From Eledone cirrhosa (Eukaryota), in the NCBI GenBank assembly GCA_964016885.1, contig OZ024743.1, forward strand, positions 215,140,001-215,204,000: a DNA stretch of 64,000 nucleotides, written 5' to 3'. Shown here in pieces: positions 41,535 to 55,329 of the stretch. The notes beneath the pieces are model-generated. The model ran no database searches and was not told the DNA's origin. It saw only the letters and a list, made by a program, of their open reading frames with translations. Position 1 is the stretch's first letter. Each line of letters starts with the position of its first letter. The position numbers and the translations under genes are program-made.

Positions 41535-43623
41535 CGTGTGTGTGTGTGTGTATATATATATATATTTGTGTTTATTTCCGATTAAATATTTTCCATATGA
41601 ATTTACCACACACACACACACATATATATATAAACATATATTATTCAAAATATTAAGAAATGAAAAATATTCTCATTATCAAAATATATACTTTATTATA
41701 TATATTTCAGAGGTAGTGTGTTGTTTTTTCAGTACGTCCTCATCAGACAAAATATATGATTTGATATATGACATACCGCTACGGTCTTTATTATTCAATT
41801 CCAGTATTGGTAGTGATTTATTTCATCAAATCTCAATGTTTATATACCACAAATAATATTATAAACTTAAAAAAGGACGTAGAGCAAATTAGAGATATGA
41901 GAGAGTGTGTAAAGAAGAGTAAAGGGTAGAAAAAAATAAATACATACATAAATAGATAAATGGATAACAAATAAATGGATGAATGAGTAAAATAAATATA
42001 TAAGAAGAGAGAGGAATAACGACCAAAACGGGAAGGTGTGGGGAAAGTAAAGGGAACAGAGGGGGTTAAAGAAAATAAAGAATAATAAAGGAACATCAAA
42101 AAGAGGGGAATAGATTAAAAAAACCGTTGTTTTCAAATGCTAGATCAAATAGGACATCCAATCAATTCACATAATCAATTGAATATCTTTTGTATTTGAT
42201 TATGCTTTAGCTAATTATACTTATATATTATATCAACATTAATTAGTATAGATTACTTTCTATAGCAATCACATATATAGTCTAATTAAACATTTATATA
42301 ATTTAATTTAATTCATTATAGCTGAAATATATATAATAAAGTATATATTTTGATAATGAGAATATTTTTCATTTGTTAATATTTTGAATAATATTAAAAA
42401 CTCCAGGAAAACGAGCGTGTTGAGCGCTTATAATCTATTGTAAAATTGCATTCATTGAGTAATCAACGAAACATACTAATCTTTGGTCTTATGTAAATAT
42501 ATATATATATATTTGTGTGTGTTCATTTGGGAGTAATATTTTGTCCAAACTTGCATAGTCATCCGCGGTTCATTGAAATTGTGACCACTAGTTTCCGTAA
42601 CTTAGCAGGTAAGGACTTCCACGGTAACATATATTTTCAAAGTGTTTGTATTACAGCTGTTATTGTTCTCTCGTATTTGCTTTATGATTTGTTGTTGTAA
42701 ATATAGTGTTACATTTGTTAAAGGTCAGAAATTCCCCTTATTCTCCTATGCAGTGCTTCTGTTGTTATTGCTGTTGTTGTAGTTCATATCGATGGCCTTC
42801 ATTGTGATGTTTATACGGGTTATAGTGACAATTTTGGGGAAGCTGACCTTGCTCATATTTACATCATGATGTTGGCTATCACCAAGAAAATGCTGCATGC
42901 TCTTCTTGTCAATTTTCTCTTTCGCTATTCTGTTCTGTGGATGAGTAGGGAAAGTTCGCTTCCAAATTCTTTTTAGACAATTATGGGCATAATTTGCAAT
43001 TTTACGTAGGAGATAGAGGAATGAGCCAGCTTGAGCTGTCATGCAAAATATCAGCCATTGAACTAAACCATTACTTTAAATCGACAGATGATTGGGTGCT
43101 GAAAATGGTTGCTGAACATGAAAGGACGAATTAAGAATACTTAACATAAAATTTTAAAATGATGGTGATTCAGCAATTAAGCCTGCAAAGAAAGGAAACG
43201 TTGCGAATTATAAAGGTCAACGGAAACTGAGCTCTATATGAGAGCAAACACATTTATATGGGAAGTATAACCTACGTATTAAAGAAACTGATGTCGATTA
43301 AACACACACCCATCACTCTCTACGGATACTTGGGCTAAAAGCAAGACGTGAGGGATTCAATTTGGCTGCACATTATCAATGTGGACCAAAGCGCAATTTC
43401 AAGCTAATTTGATTACAAAAGATAATTAACATACATGTCGTTTTGCGCTGAGCATTTTGAGACCACTGATCACCTGGTTTGAGGCTGCAAACACATACAC
43501 ACATACACACACACATATATACATATATATATATATATACATATATATACATATATATATATATATATACATATATATACATATATATACATATATATAC
43601 ATATATATACATATATATATATA

Positions 43624-44283
43624 TTTCGTTCGATCTCACGCTCTTGAACTTATGTTCTGTTACCGCTGTGATCTTGGATTCTCTCTCTAGTTGCTGCCCA
43701 TTCTTCGGTTTGTTGTTTTTTTCGCTGTTTTCTCTTTTCCCCCTTTCCCTTCTATTTTCCTTTCTCTCCCTCCTCCGTTTTCCCAATAACTTACCCGGTT
43801 ATTGAACGCTCTGGGGTAGATATATTGTCGTTAAAGCGTTGAAATATCCGAGACCCCCAGGAGACAACTGACGAGACTCCAACCCAACCGGTCCTTGCTT
43901 TCTTCTTACTCTCATTCCATTTTTAAGCCTATATATATATCAAGATATATATATATATATATAAATATATATATATATAGGCTTAAAAGTAGAATAAGAG
44001 TAAGAAAGCAAGGACAGGTCGGGGGGGGGGTCTCGTCAGTTGTCTCCTGGGGGTCTCGGATAGTTCAACGCTTTAAAGACAATATATCTACCCCCAGGGC
44101 GTTCAATAACCGGGTAAGTTATTGGGAAAACTGAGGATGGAGAGAAGGAAAATAGCAGGGAAAAGGGGAAAAGAGAAAACAGCGAAAAAAACAACAAACC
44201 GAAGAATGGGCAGCAACTAGAGAGAGAATCCAAGTTCACAGCGGTAACAGAACATAAGTTCATGAGCCTGAGATCGAACGAAA
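43624..44283. repeat. Fold-back with ~310-bp arms and a (TA)n spacer
   Basis: 43624-43935 inverts ~43975-44283. Confidence 0.9.
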
Positions 44284-45240
44284 AAGGCGACTGATTCAAG
44301 CGAGTGCGAGTGAGAAAAAGACTTCTAGAAGTTCAGGCGAGAGAAAATAATGAGGTGGCAGACAGTGAGTTTGAGGGAAAGTGAGAGGGAGGAAGAGAGA
44401 GGAAGAAAAGGGAGAAGAGTAGATAGTAACGAAGTAGGTAGGTCGAGGGAGAGAGAAGAGAGCGATAGAAGACGGGTCATAGCGAAACATGATAAAATAT
44501 ATGGAGAATATATGGCTGTGTAGTTGCTAGTAAGTTAGGCTTAAACGTGGATTAAGATTAAGAAGAAAGCAAGAAGGTGGCTCGGGGGAGGGGGGGTCAC
44601 ATAAATATATATATATATGTATATAAGGATGGAAGGGAAAGCTAATCTAGGCAGGATCTGAGCTCTATGCTACAAAGCATGGCGTCCGAATCATTTTTTA
44701 TCTAAATTATTTTCTCATCATTATAATCTTAATACTCTTTTACTACTATCAATAATAATACAGTTGATCGCTATAACACCCATATATTCTAAAAATAATG
44801 ATGAATTACTTTCCACGTATGACCCTGCTTGCTTATTATGCGACCTTAAAAATTATGGTGTAAAACATTTAAATATTCCCTGTTTGATATAGTTAACAAA
44901 TCATATATTCCTGTTAGCTATTTAGATATTTAGATATTCATGTTACAGTTGTACTTTGTTTTGTGATGTTAACAAATCAATTAACTGTCATATTTTCAAT
45001 TTTTATTTTTAACGAAATTTATTTTCACTATCTAACGAGAAAGGAAATACTCGTTTCTCATAAATTGTTTGATTGGTAATCCAATACATTTTTCACCCAG
45101 GATACTCCCTTGTTTTATGATGCACAAACTGTATAGTTCTGCTTACTATTGTTAACATCAGTAGTAATAATTAATAATAGCAACCAAAAAACACCACCAA
45201 TAACAGCAACAACAGCAGCAGCAATGTCACAAAAACCAAA

Positions 45241-45465
45241 AATAATGATTTCTAGTACAGGCACAAGGCCAGTAATTTACGGGCAGAGTAAAGTCGATTA
45301 AATCGACCCCAGTACGTTACTGGTGATTTATTTTATCGACCCCGTAAGGATGAAAGACAAAGTTAACCTCGGCGACATTTGAACTCAGAAGGTAAATGGC
45401 CATAACTCTATGCTGCAAAGCATGGTGTCTGACGCTCTACCGATACTGCCAATCCACCACCCTTA
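45241..45465 (-). mobile_element. Octopus-type SINE, full length
   Basis: Same family as 38172; tail on the minus strand is ggccttgtgcctgtactagaaatcattatt. Confidence 0.9.
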
Positions 45466-46199
45466 CAAAAAACAAAACCAAAAATAATAACGGCAATAGC
45501 AACAAGAACAACAATAACAAATATAATTATAGCAGAACTATAACAAATATAGCCAAAAAACGAAGAAGACTATGTCAAACAAGAACCAACGAGCCTTCGC
45601 GAATATCTGATTAATTTATGGATAAATTTCTTTCTAACACTTTCGAACTATGTTCGTAAATGCATCAAGTTTAAAATCAGCCTCAACACAACCTGAAGAG
45701 TTTAGGTCGAAAGCAATACCGAAGGGAAGGAAAAACAAACAATGTAAAAACAATACTGCCATGTAAGTAACACATAATTTATCGACTGTATTATTTATGC
45801 TTATATTATAGAAATACGCACATTTGTATTCAAGGCTATCATATAGATGTACGGTTGTTCGCTTTTTGAACTTAAGAAACAAAATGTACGAAGAGCGATG
45901 CATGCAAAAGCCATACAAAAATCATAGAAAATCATGCAAATGACCAATATCCAACAAAAATGATAATTTCCTAAATGATATTTCGTACTTTACACATCAA
46001 GTGCCACAAAGGAAATCAAAACACACGAATGAACACGGAAGTAATATGGTTCCATCCTACACATATATTTTCAGCAACACTATGCGCTAAAAACGAGAAC
46101 ACAACACACACTTATAGAAATTGGCAAAAAAAAAACTCTCACTCTGATTTAAAACTCCACTCCAACAAACCAACAAATCTAAGCAAAAAATAACAAAAA

Positions 46200-46425
46200 A
46201 TATTACAGTTGGAAATAGAGCACATAAAAGAAGAAATCCACAACGAAAACATACACTGAAAAGTATGCCAACATTAGGAAATAACAACAGACAAGAAATG
46301 GTACAGACCAGAAGAAGTATCATCTTGGATATGTCAGCACATACAATCATGGAAATCAAAGCCAAACGGCCAAACACAATAGTCAAAGACTACAAAATAT
46401 GTATTCTAATTGATGTATCAATGAT
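46200..46425 (+). mobile_element. Old R4/Dong-like RLE remnant
   Basis: Reads ..EIKAKRPNTIVKDYKICILIDVS, a degenerate RPD endonuclease motif. Confidence 0.5.
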
Positions 46426-46560
46426 CACATACGTCCTCTGATACTAACTCTGTTAAATTTAGTCTATCTAGGACCGTCAGCTGAAGAGTTCATTGACTGA
46501 TTATGAAGTATTGATGTTAATGCTGTGAAATATGGCATGTATTAATTTAAACTCTTCTTA

Positions 46561-46760
46561 TTGATAACACCATTACCCCTGGCAGTGGAGACTTCTGGTG
46601 TCCTCGGCCATAGGGCTACCTCCCCACTCACCACCATAGGCGCTGAGCTGACCAGCCGCACGTGTGGACCGCGAGAGTTGGAGTGGCTTTTCCAGTGCAT
46701 CTCCCTTGTCGTCCACCGGGGGAACGCCTTCTCCATCCTGTCTGCCGGGGCTGTGGGGGA
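46561..46760 (+). mobile_element. CRE-like RLE LINE C-terminal fragment
   Basis: PLAVETSGVLG..LFQCISLVVHRGNA resembles the PxAxExxG..QRxSxxxQRGN ending of RLE elements. Confidence 0.7.
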
Positions 46761-48249
46761 AGGGGTGCATTGCGTTACATTCCATATTTAGGTATCTGTT
46801 ACAGTGAAGCTGTGTTTATTTTTCTGCATTATACAATCCATAATGGAAATAACGAGAGGAGCTGTAGAGAATATTGATGGGAATGGGAGATTAACATTGG
46901 AGGCAATATTATCCATAGAATTCACTAACATCACATAACCTACAAATGACTAAGCTTGCCAAAAAAAAAAATATTCATTGTTTCCTTCAAGCGTCTATAT
47001 TGAAAAAAGAACCTCTTTTGGCCAGTGCATGAGTGTATCCTGTTCAACCTATGAACTTTTCATTCTAGTTTCCTTTAAGCCGATCTTCTTATGTGCATCG
47101 TAATGTTGTTGTCTAATGATTCCCGTTGCATTTATGAAGAGAGACACATATATATGGGATATAAATTAATAAATTGAATCGCAACTTATTGCAATTTATG
47201 AACAAACAAACCTTTTGACTGTGTAGCGTGTGTTTAAGACTGCAAGATATGTCATGTTTCATTCGCGAATCAGGGTACACTTTTTCATATCAACTATATT
47301 ATTCGAACAAAATATGTTGAAATTCATCTGGAAAGTAACCTCTATCGAATAATCTATGAAGTTACATTGATTTGCTAGGATTTTACCTAATTGTTATGTC
47401 AATTTGATGAAGCAGTTTCATTTATCATTGACTTTATCATCTTAAGTTATCCGTAGGGTTTACAGCATCGGTGCAAACGATGCATATGTTGCATGTCGAA
47501 TATGTTTGACATATCAACGTAATGACAAAGGAAATGCCACATGTTTGATTTCATTGTTATTTGCTGAGATGAATCTCCCTAATCTATGTACTCGAAACCT
47601 AGATAATCGTAATAGTTTTGCTATATGTTAATCGTTAGTCTCCAAATGAAAGATAACATGAGTTAATACTTGATTTGTCTACTGCAAAAGGAAGATACAA
47701 AATTGAATCATTGTAAATGTAATTAATTTCTTGAAATCGAAGTAACATTTAAAATTTAAAGATTAAATACTTGGATTGGAATTTAATTGCTACCAACTTT
47801 CTAACTACCTCCCTTTAAAAATGTACAATGCATGTTGAAAGTATGTTGAAATAATTATAGCGACACTCATAAACGGTATTTTCGAAACAAAAATGGCACT
47901 TTCATTCAGCATGAAAATAAAGCGAAGAGCAATTTCAAATGATCATCGTTATTATATAAACATATAAACTATGCTTTATGTAAAGTTGTATTATTAATGA
48001 ATAATTCAATAGTTTGTAAATAGATAAATATATCATACTTATGCGCTAAATGTCACTTCACTACATTTTTATAAAGTGTATAAACATTTGAATAAAATAA
48101 ATATAGAAACTGAAAATGACAATTGTATTCAGATTCAATTGTGTATGTGTGAAAACGAATAGATGCGATACTTGATATAATTTCATTAGTTGATACATTG
48201 GTACTATTCATTTCAAATCAATTTTTATAGGAGGTAAACAATGGATCAA

Positions 48250-48301
<52 letters not shown>

Positions 48302-48816
48302 TATATATATATATATATATATAGTGGTGTGTATGTGGTTGTGAGTATGTAAATATATTTTATTCTTTCCATTCTACAAAAACACTCTGGCCACCTGTGG
48401 CTTGTATGTTAACTTGACCACTCACCTCAGTCTGTGCTATGATTCGGTCTTGCTTATCTTCTATTACCAACCCACCTAAAAAAATGTCCCTACTATATAT
48501 CAGTTGAATTACTATTCTTGGGGTTTTTATTTATTTCTTTTTTTAATATAATTTTTTTTTTCTTTATTTATTTTTTTTTTCTTTATTTATTTATTCATTT
48601 ATCTATTTATTCATTTATTTATTTATTTATTTACTTATTTATTTATTTCAAAAATGCACTCTGGCTAATTGACCACTCCCCAAAGAAAAAACGGTCTGTG
48701 ACATGTTGTGACCCTGTGTATCTAAATACCATCCTCCCCCCCCCCCTACCCCCACCCACCATCCCTCCCTTACCACTACCTAAATGTATAAATACCAGAA
48801 CTTAATATGACACCCA

Positions 48817-48865
48817 GCTTCCTGAAGATTTCTTCTGAATGAAACAGTACTAGTCCTGTAGAAGC
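48817..48865 (+). ncRNA. Compact type I hammerhead ribozyme
   Basis: gcttc CTGAAGA t ttc ttct gaa t GAAA cag tactagtc ctg TA gaagc. Confidence 0.8.
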
Positions 48866-48892
48866 GCCTTCTATACAATAAAATATATATAT

Positions 48893-49323
48893 ATAAAATA
48901 TAAAAAAAATAATGAATAAAACAATGAAACAGTTCCTTATATTAAACAAAAAAAGTTCATTATTTAACGATCGTTTCTAGGATATATATGTGTTAGAATT
49001 GGCATGCATATTCAACAGATCTATGTACAAAATTATACAAAATTATACAAACTATCAAAATTAAATATACATACCAAACACATATATATGCCGTCTTCAG
49101 AAATAATGATTATTTCTGAAGACGGCATATATATATGTTTGGTATGTATATTTAATTTTGATAGTTTGTATAATTTTGTATAATTTTGTACATAGATCTG
49201 TTGAATATGCATGCCAATTCTAACACATATATATCCTAGAAACGATCGTTAAATAATGAACTTTTTTTGTTTAATATAAGGAACTGTTTCATTGTTTTAT
49301 TCATTATTTTTTTAATATTTTAT
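48893..49323. mobile_element. Near-perfect 430-bp palindrome centred at 49108 and made of two hammerheads
   Basis: Centre reads ..gccgtcttcagaaataat-g-attatttctgaagacggc..; the arms differ at very few positions. Confidence 0.95.
49109..49257 (+). ncRNA. Hammerhead with ~115-nt stem II insert (mirror at 48959-49107, minus strand)
   Basis: attattt CTGAAGA cgg catatata..tatatatcc ta GAAA cgatcg TT aaataat. Confidence 0.8.
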
Positions 49324-49498
49324 CTTGACTCTGTATTCCGTTTATCTTTCACCGAAAGTGATTTTTCATTGCATCTCTTATTTCCATGATATCCGGATTA
49401 CATTGAGTTCTTCATACGGATTGGACACTACCGTAAACTCTTGGTAGATTTATCTACATATATATATATATATATATATATGCACATATATATATATA

Positions 49499-49593
<95 letters not shown>

Positions 49594-49744
49594 TTGTGCA
49601 TAATGTCCCTGATACAGGTATTTGTATTAAAAAAAAACATTTTCTAAATTAAGCATTTATATAAAGAGTAAAAATAACCGCATACATACGACAGCAACGT
49701 CGGCGAAGCTTCGAAATGAATACACCCCTTTTAAAACACTTGTC

Positions 49745-49788
<44 letters not shown>

Positions 49789-49789
49789 T

Positions 49790-50558
49790 AAAAGATGTCT
49801 ATAGAATCACCAGATAAAATATATACCGTTTCCTCTCCCAATTAGCATAATTAACCATATAACAAATCAATTAGACCAAGCTATAAGATTAAAGGCTCCT
49901 ATGAAGAAGTCTCCGACAAATAACCGAAAGCAGCCCTTCGCGGCGGTTGCGACGGAGTATTTATCGAGTATTTCGACAGCGTGTATAAATCGACCAGATA
50001 TACAGTCAACTAACCAGAATTAGGTGTAAAATAAACTAGAAGAAAAGTTCACATATATAGTTACCTTACCATGGTGTCGTCCGCATTTTAAAGTATCCGA
50101 TAACTTTGGAAATCTAGAGCTTCGGATTCTTCAGGAGTTAGCTCAAATTTAGACAATTAATTTTCGAAAGTGATCGAGCCAAGAAAACATTCCAAAATGG
50201 CTAAGAATCGTGACGTGGCAGCGGTCAAGTTAGAAAGGATGTGATTAGTTGCTTACGGCTGGTAGGCTTTTTGCTAGAAAGCACAGCCCAATACAGCCAA
50301 AATTGTATCTCAACCTAACGGGAGATGATTACATATAAAGATTTACATATATATATATAAAGTCATAGATACATATGTGTTTTGCAACGGGTCACTTTGT
50401 GGCTTAATGAAGAATTAATAAATTAAATAATCAGAGCTATATATAATAAAACATGTCTATAGAATCACCAGATCAAATATATACCGTTTCCTCTCCCAAT
50501 TAGCATAATTAACCATATAAAAAATCAATTAGACCAAGCTATAAGAATAAAGACTCCT
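49790..50558. repeat. ~770-bp element bounded by ~110-bp direct repeats, within (TA)n
   Basis: atgtctatagaatcaccagat..ccaagctataaga..ctcctat occurs at ~49790-49902 and ~50448-50558. Confidence 0.85.
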
Positions 50559-50573
50559 ATATATATATATATT

Positions 50574-51112
50574 GGAATTTCGTATTTCTGAGGAAATACG
50601 TTATGTTTATTATAAACATTTAGAGAACCGTAGCCTTGCCAAAGCACCAGCGACTATCGTCTTTTGGCGGTGCCCAACAGAAGCAAGTCGTACAATCGGA
50701 ATGCGCATTTCGAACTGAACTCTTTCTCATCAGCACGATCCCTTCCACTCTTGCAACGGCTAGACTTTGAAAACAGACGAGAATATATGGATTTCTCGTT
50801 TGTGTAGATGAAGTGATTCATCTCATTTCCATATGGAGCTGTACATGTTTGCTTAACTTATAATAGAATAGAATTACAATTTAGCTTCAGGCAAAGTTGT
50901 AGACAAACATGTTTAGGAAATTCGTATTTCAGAAGACATGCGGTATGTTTAAAACAAACATTTAAACAGCAAGAGTGGGAGGAATCGTGCTGGTGAAAAC
51001 CAGTTCAGTTTGAAATGCACACCCACGATTGTCCCCCTTGCTTATGCTGGACACCGCCAGACGCTGTTAGGCGGTGAGGCTCTGGCATAGCCACGGCTAT
51101 CTAAATGTTTAT
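50574..51112. mobile_element. Diverged fold-back with a hammerhead pair (50695-50739 minus; 50984-51029 plus)
   Basis: Consensus atcgtg CTGATGA gaa..ttc GAAA tgcgca T(C/T) cacgat; ~50612-50753 inverts ~50969-51112. Confidence 0.75.
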
Positions 51113-53334
51113 TTCAACTCGTGTTAATGTATATATGTAATACATATCCGTTTCTGTCGTAAAAGGCAAAGAAAAGTGTATTGATATGTAATTTATTGGA
51201 CATCGAATTTCACTTGCGATTCCTTTCAATTAAAAACAAACCCACATATGCTATCCTACAACGAACTGACTATATTTCTTTGCGGCTTCACAGTAAGCTA
51301 ATTTTTTAAAAATCAATTATCAATGCATAAAATCTTCGATGAAATATTATATACTTTTCGCCAGCTGTTGAATATCTCACAACATTTTTAATTATTTACC
51401 TATAGTTTGAGGGGTAAGAATTTAACATTATGCTTTGATTACAAAATATGTTTTTAATTCATTATTCATTCATTATCTATTCGATATCCGTTATGCACAA
51501 TAATTAATCAATAAGGATGGCACGCATATACACACGTAAATGTATAAATATATGTTTGGGCCTGAATTTATATTTATATTTATATTATTTTATCTGTGTG
51601 GTTGAGTGCGCTTGTGTAGGAGTGTTTGTGCTTTTGATCGATAGATTTCCATAAGGTTTACATCACACTTGTTTTCAGATCCTTGTTAATTTGGTATATA
51701 GTATTTGAAGGATAATTGATACGATTCTAAGATATTTGAAAATATATATTAGACATGAACAATTAAGTAGGAGTCCGGAATTGTAAAGCTTTTTTCAAAT
51801 TTTTTTAACATATTGATTTTTTTTTAAATTAAACGTCCCATATACTTTAAAGGAATCGAATATTAATATAACTCAAGATTTGTTATGGATCATTAGAAAT
51901 TTACTTAAACGCCATCGAATATGAAATAAAAAAACATATAACCTTAATATGAACTCAGTAATATAAAACGAAAACATAAATCACTAAAACTTCACTACAT
52001 TGTCACTTTATCTAATAAGTTTTCTTGCAATATACAGAAGTTTTATACGGGAATTTGAACCTTATTTTCAGTTATCATAAATTATAGAATAATTTTCTCT
52101 ATTGAAAGTAATTCTAAACATTAGTTGCATAATTTTGAAATATTGAATAAAATGAATTTTATATTGCTATGAATCTCTTATGTCTTCTGAAACAAACTAG
52201 TAGGGAATGAATATCAAATCTTAAATTAACCAACGTTTGATAGAGTTAAACCCAAAGATATATGATAAACATAATCAATTTAAACATTAATATAGAAAAT
52301 TATTTCATGACTGATATATATTTTATGAAGTAATTTCATCAGTCTATTGAGTAAGCAGCCGTTAATACGTTCTTTGATGTATAAAATGTGATATTGACGG
52401 AAAATTGATATGATGTACTTGAAAGTATATTCGAAATATAAGATAATTGTTAGATGTGAATTTCAGTCATTGAAAATCATGACTGATTTTTTACACACAT
52501 ATATACATACAAACACAAGCACAGGTACACACGCAAACTCTACATGTATATTCACACACTCGCACGATGTAAACATTTGGATTAATATACATAATATTCT
52601 CTTGAAATCATTTGCTTATGCATATTTTTGTTTTCATTTTAAAAAAAATTTAATTTTGATTTCTTATTTACAAACATAATATATTTTATGAGAACTGCCA
52701 TATCTGACATATGTCTTTCAAAATAGATTTCTAGCTTAAATGATGAGAAATTTCCATAACTGAAAACTTGAAGCAAATCACTATTCTTATACTCTAAATT
52801 ATTATTCATTTAGATTCTGGTATCCTAACAATTCGAACATTTTTTTATTCACTTCATTAAAGGCTAGTTTTCTTTATAAATTAAATACTGAATCGAGCAG
52901 ATCGTATTTCCCGGTTACATGGATTATATTATTTAGTTTATATATCTTTAAATATCATTGCAAACTGATAATACTATATTATACAAGAAATGATACTAAG
53001 TGAAGGAAAAGTGACAATTGATATACTATATACAAAGAGATCTCGTTCTGGCAACATGGCATGGAATATGTGATAATATAGGAATTATTGCAAATTCACA
53101 AACTTTTAGCTAAATTGTATTATAGCCCATATGAATCGTATTTAACTTGCATGCGGTTACAGATCTTTCTTTAAATTACTGAATTATTTACATAAAAGAA
53201 ATTAATCTATAAACGAATGGAAAGGATCTATCCTGATATCAATTCATTTTAATCAAGATATATAGTAATAGATGTAACAACACCGGCAGTCAATTTACCT
53301 TAAAGCTAAGTTGTATTGCCGCATCTCCCTGAAG

Positions 53335-53863
<529 letters not shown>

Positions 53864-54507
53864 CGGCCTCCCGGCTTTCTTCTCGATCTGTTTTTCGCCA
53901 GAATCTAATAATAAGGCATTTATTATATAATCTTTCGCTGTGTCCATGTTCTTTAATATGTTATAATGTAAACAAAATATCTGAAAATAATAGAATAATG
54001 TATTCTGCTGAAATTATGAAACATTTACATAACTTCAGTATTTACAATGATTCTAGCATCAATAGAATTATAAATCTGGCTAACTCCAGGAATGATGTAT
54101 GAGTGATTTTATTGATGGCATTCACTGTAATGGCGCAAGAATTGTATTTCACACAGCCACTCCTCAGTGGAATGGTGAATTTTGAAATCGGAGAACACTT
54201 GATTAATTATGTTGACAACGTTTTGGACAACAGTAAAAAATGACGAAGGATAAAAACATGCTTCAGTATGAAAGGATTGACTTTCTATAAATCTAAAAGA
54301 CTTAATGGTGATTATCTGTAGGATAACAGTACCATTGATGATGTCACTGGTGTATGGTGAAAGAATTGATATTTACATTTATATTTTTAACCATTGGTTA
54401 AACAATGATAAACATTGATTGCGAGCTGAATTAACTATAGACATATAAAATATAAAGAAGCGAAAACAAATACAAACCAAGCAGTGAGTATGTTTTATTA
54501 TTATTTA

Positions 54508-54702
54508 TAGCGGTGGATTGGCAGTATTGGTAGAGGGTCGGACGCCATGCTTTGCAGCAAAGAGTTATGGCCCTTTATGATCTGAGTTCAAATCCCGCTG
54601 AGGTTAATCTTGCCTTTCATCCTTACGGGGTCGATAAAATAAACTACCAGTAATGCGGTGGGTCGTTTGCTGGCCTTGTGCCAAAAGGAGAACACTTATT
54701 AT
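54508..54702 (+). mobile_element. Octopus-type SINE
   Basis: Same family as 38172. Confidence 0.9.
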
Positions 54703-54747
54703 TTCTGACAATATTATAATAATATGACGCTCCCCACCTATAACAAT

Positions 54748-54849
<102 letters not shown>

Positions 54850-55329
54850 GTTTCTATATATGAGGTTATGTTCATACTACTTTGTATATTTTGTTATCAA
54901 TGATTATATATATTTCTCTATATGTGTGCGACGTATTTTAATGGTGAACTTTAATTAAAATCTAAGCTGCAAAAATGTTGAAAATTAATTAATTTCTCAA
55001 CAGATATTCTTCATTTATTCCACTCTTCTGTGAATTGTAATTATCATGTTATCAACAAATCAATCATTTTCTCTGAGAAAGGATCCATGTGTTACGCGTA
55101 TGTAGACGAGGAAAATGGAATTTGTAAATGGTTCTGACACGAGTGGAATATGTATAGAACTTCTGGCCGAGATTATTGGAATTAAGTAAAAGAAAATAAT
55201 TTGCTAATAAAGAGAACCTCATTCATTGTCTGTTATTCTTAATGATATTTTTGCATATAAAATGACTATATTAATGTTGCAAACAGACGCAGAATAGGCA
55301 GACGTATAAATCAATAAATTTATATAAGT

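Noticed and set aside
41725-41760. Minus-strand ctgatga-ggacgtact-gaaa HHR-like core
   Set aside because: No stem I or stem III pairing found.
42746-43042. 98-aa ORF (and 22088-22460) as host exons
   Set aside because: No recognisable domain, nearby in-frame stops and no splice support.
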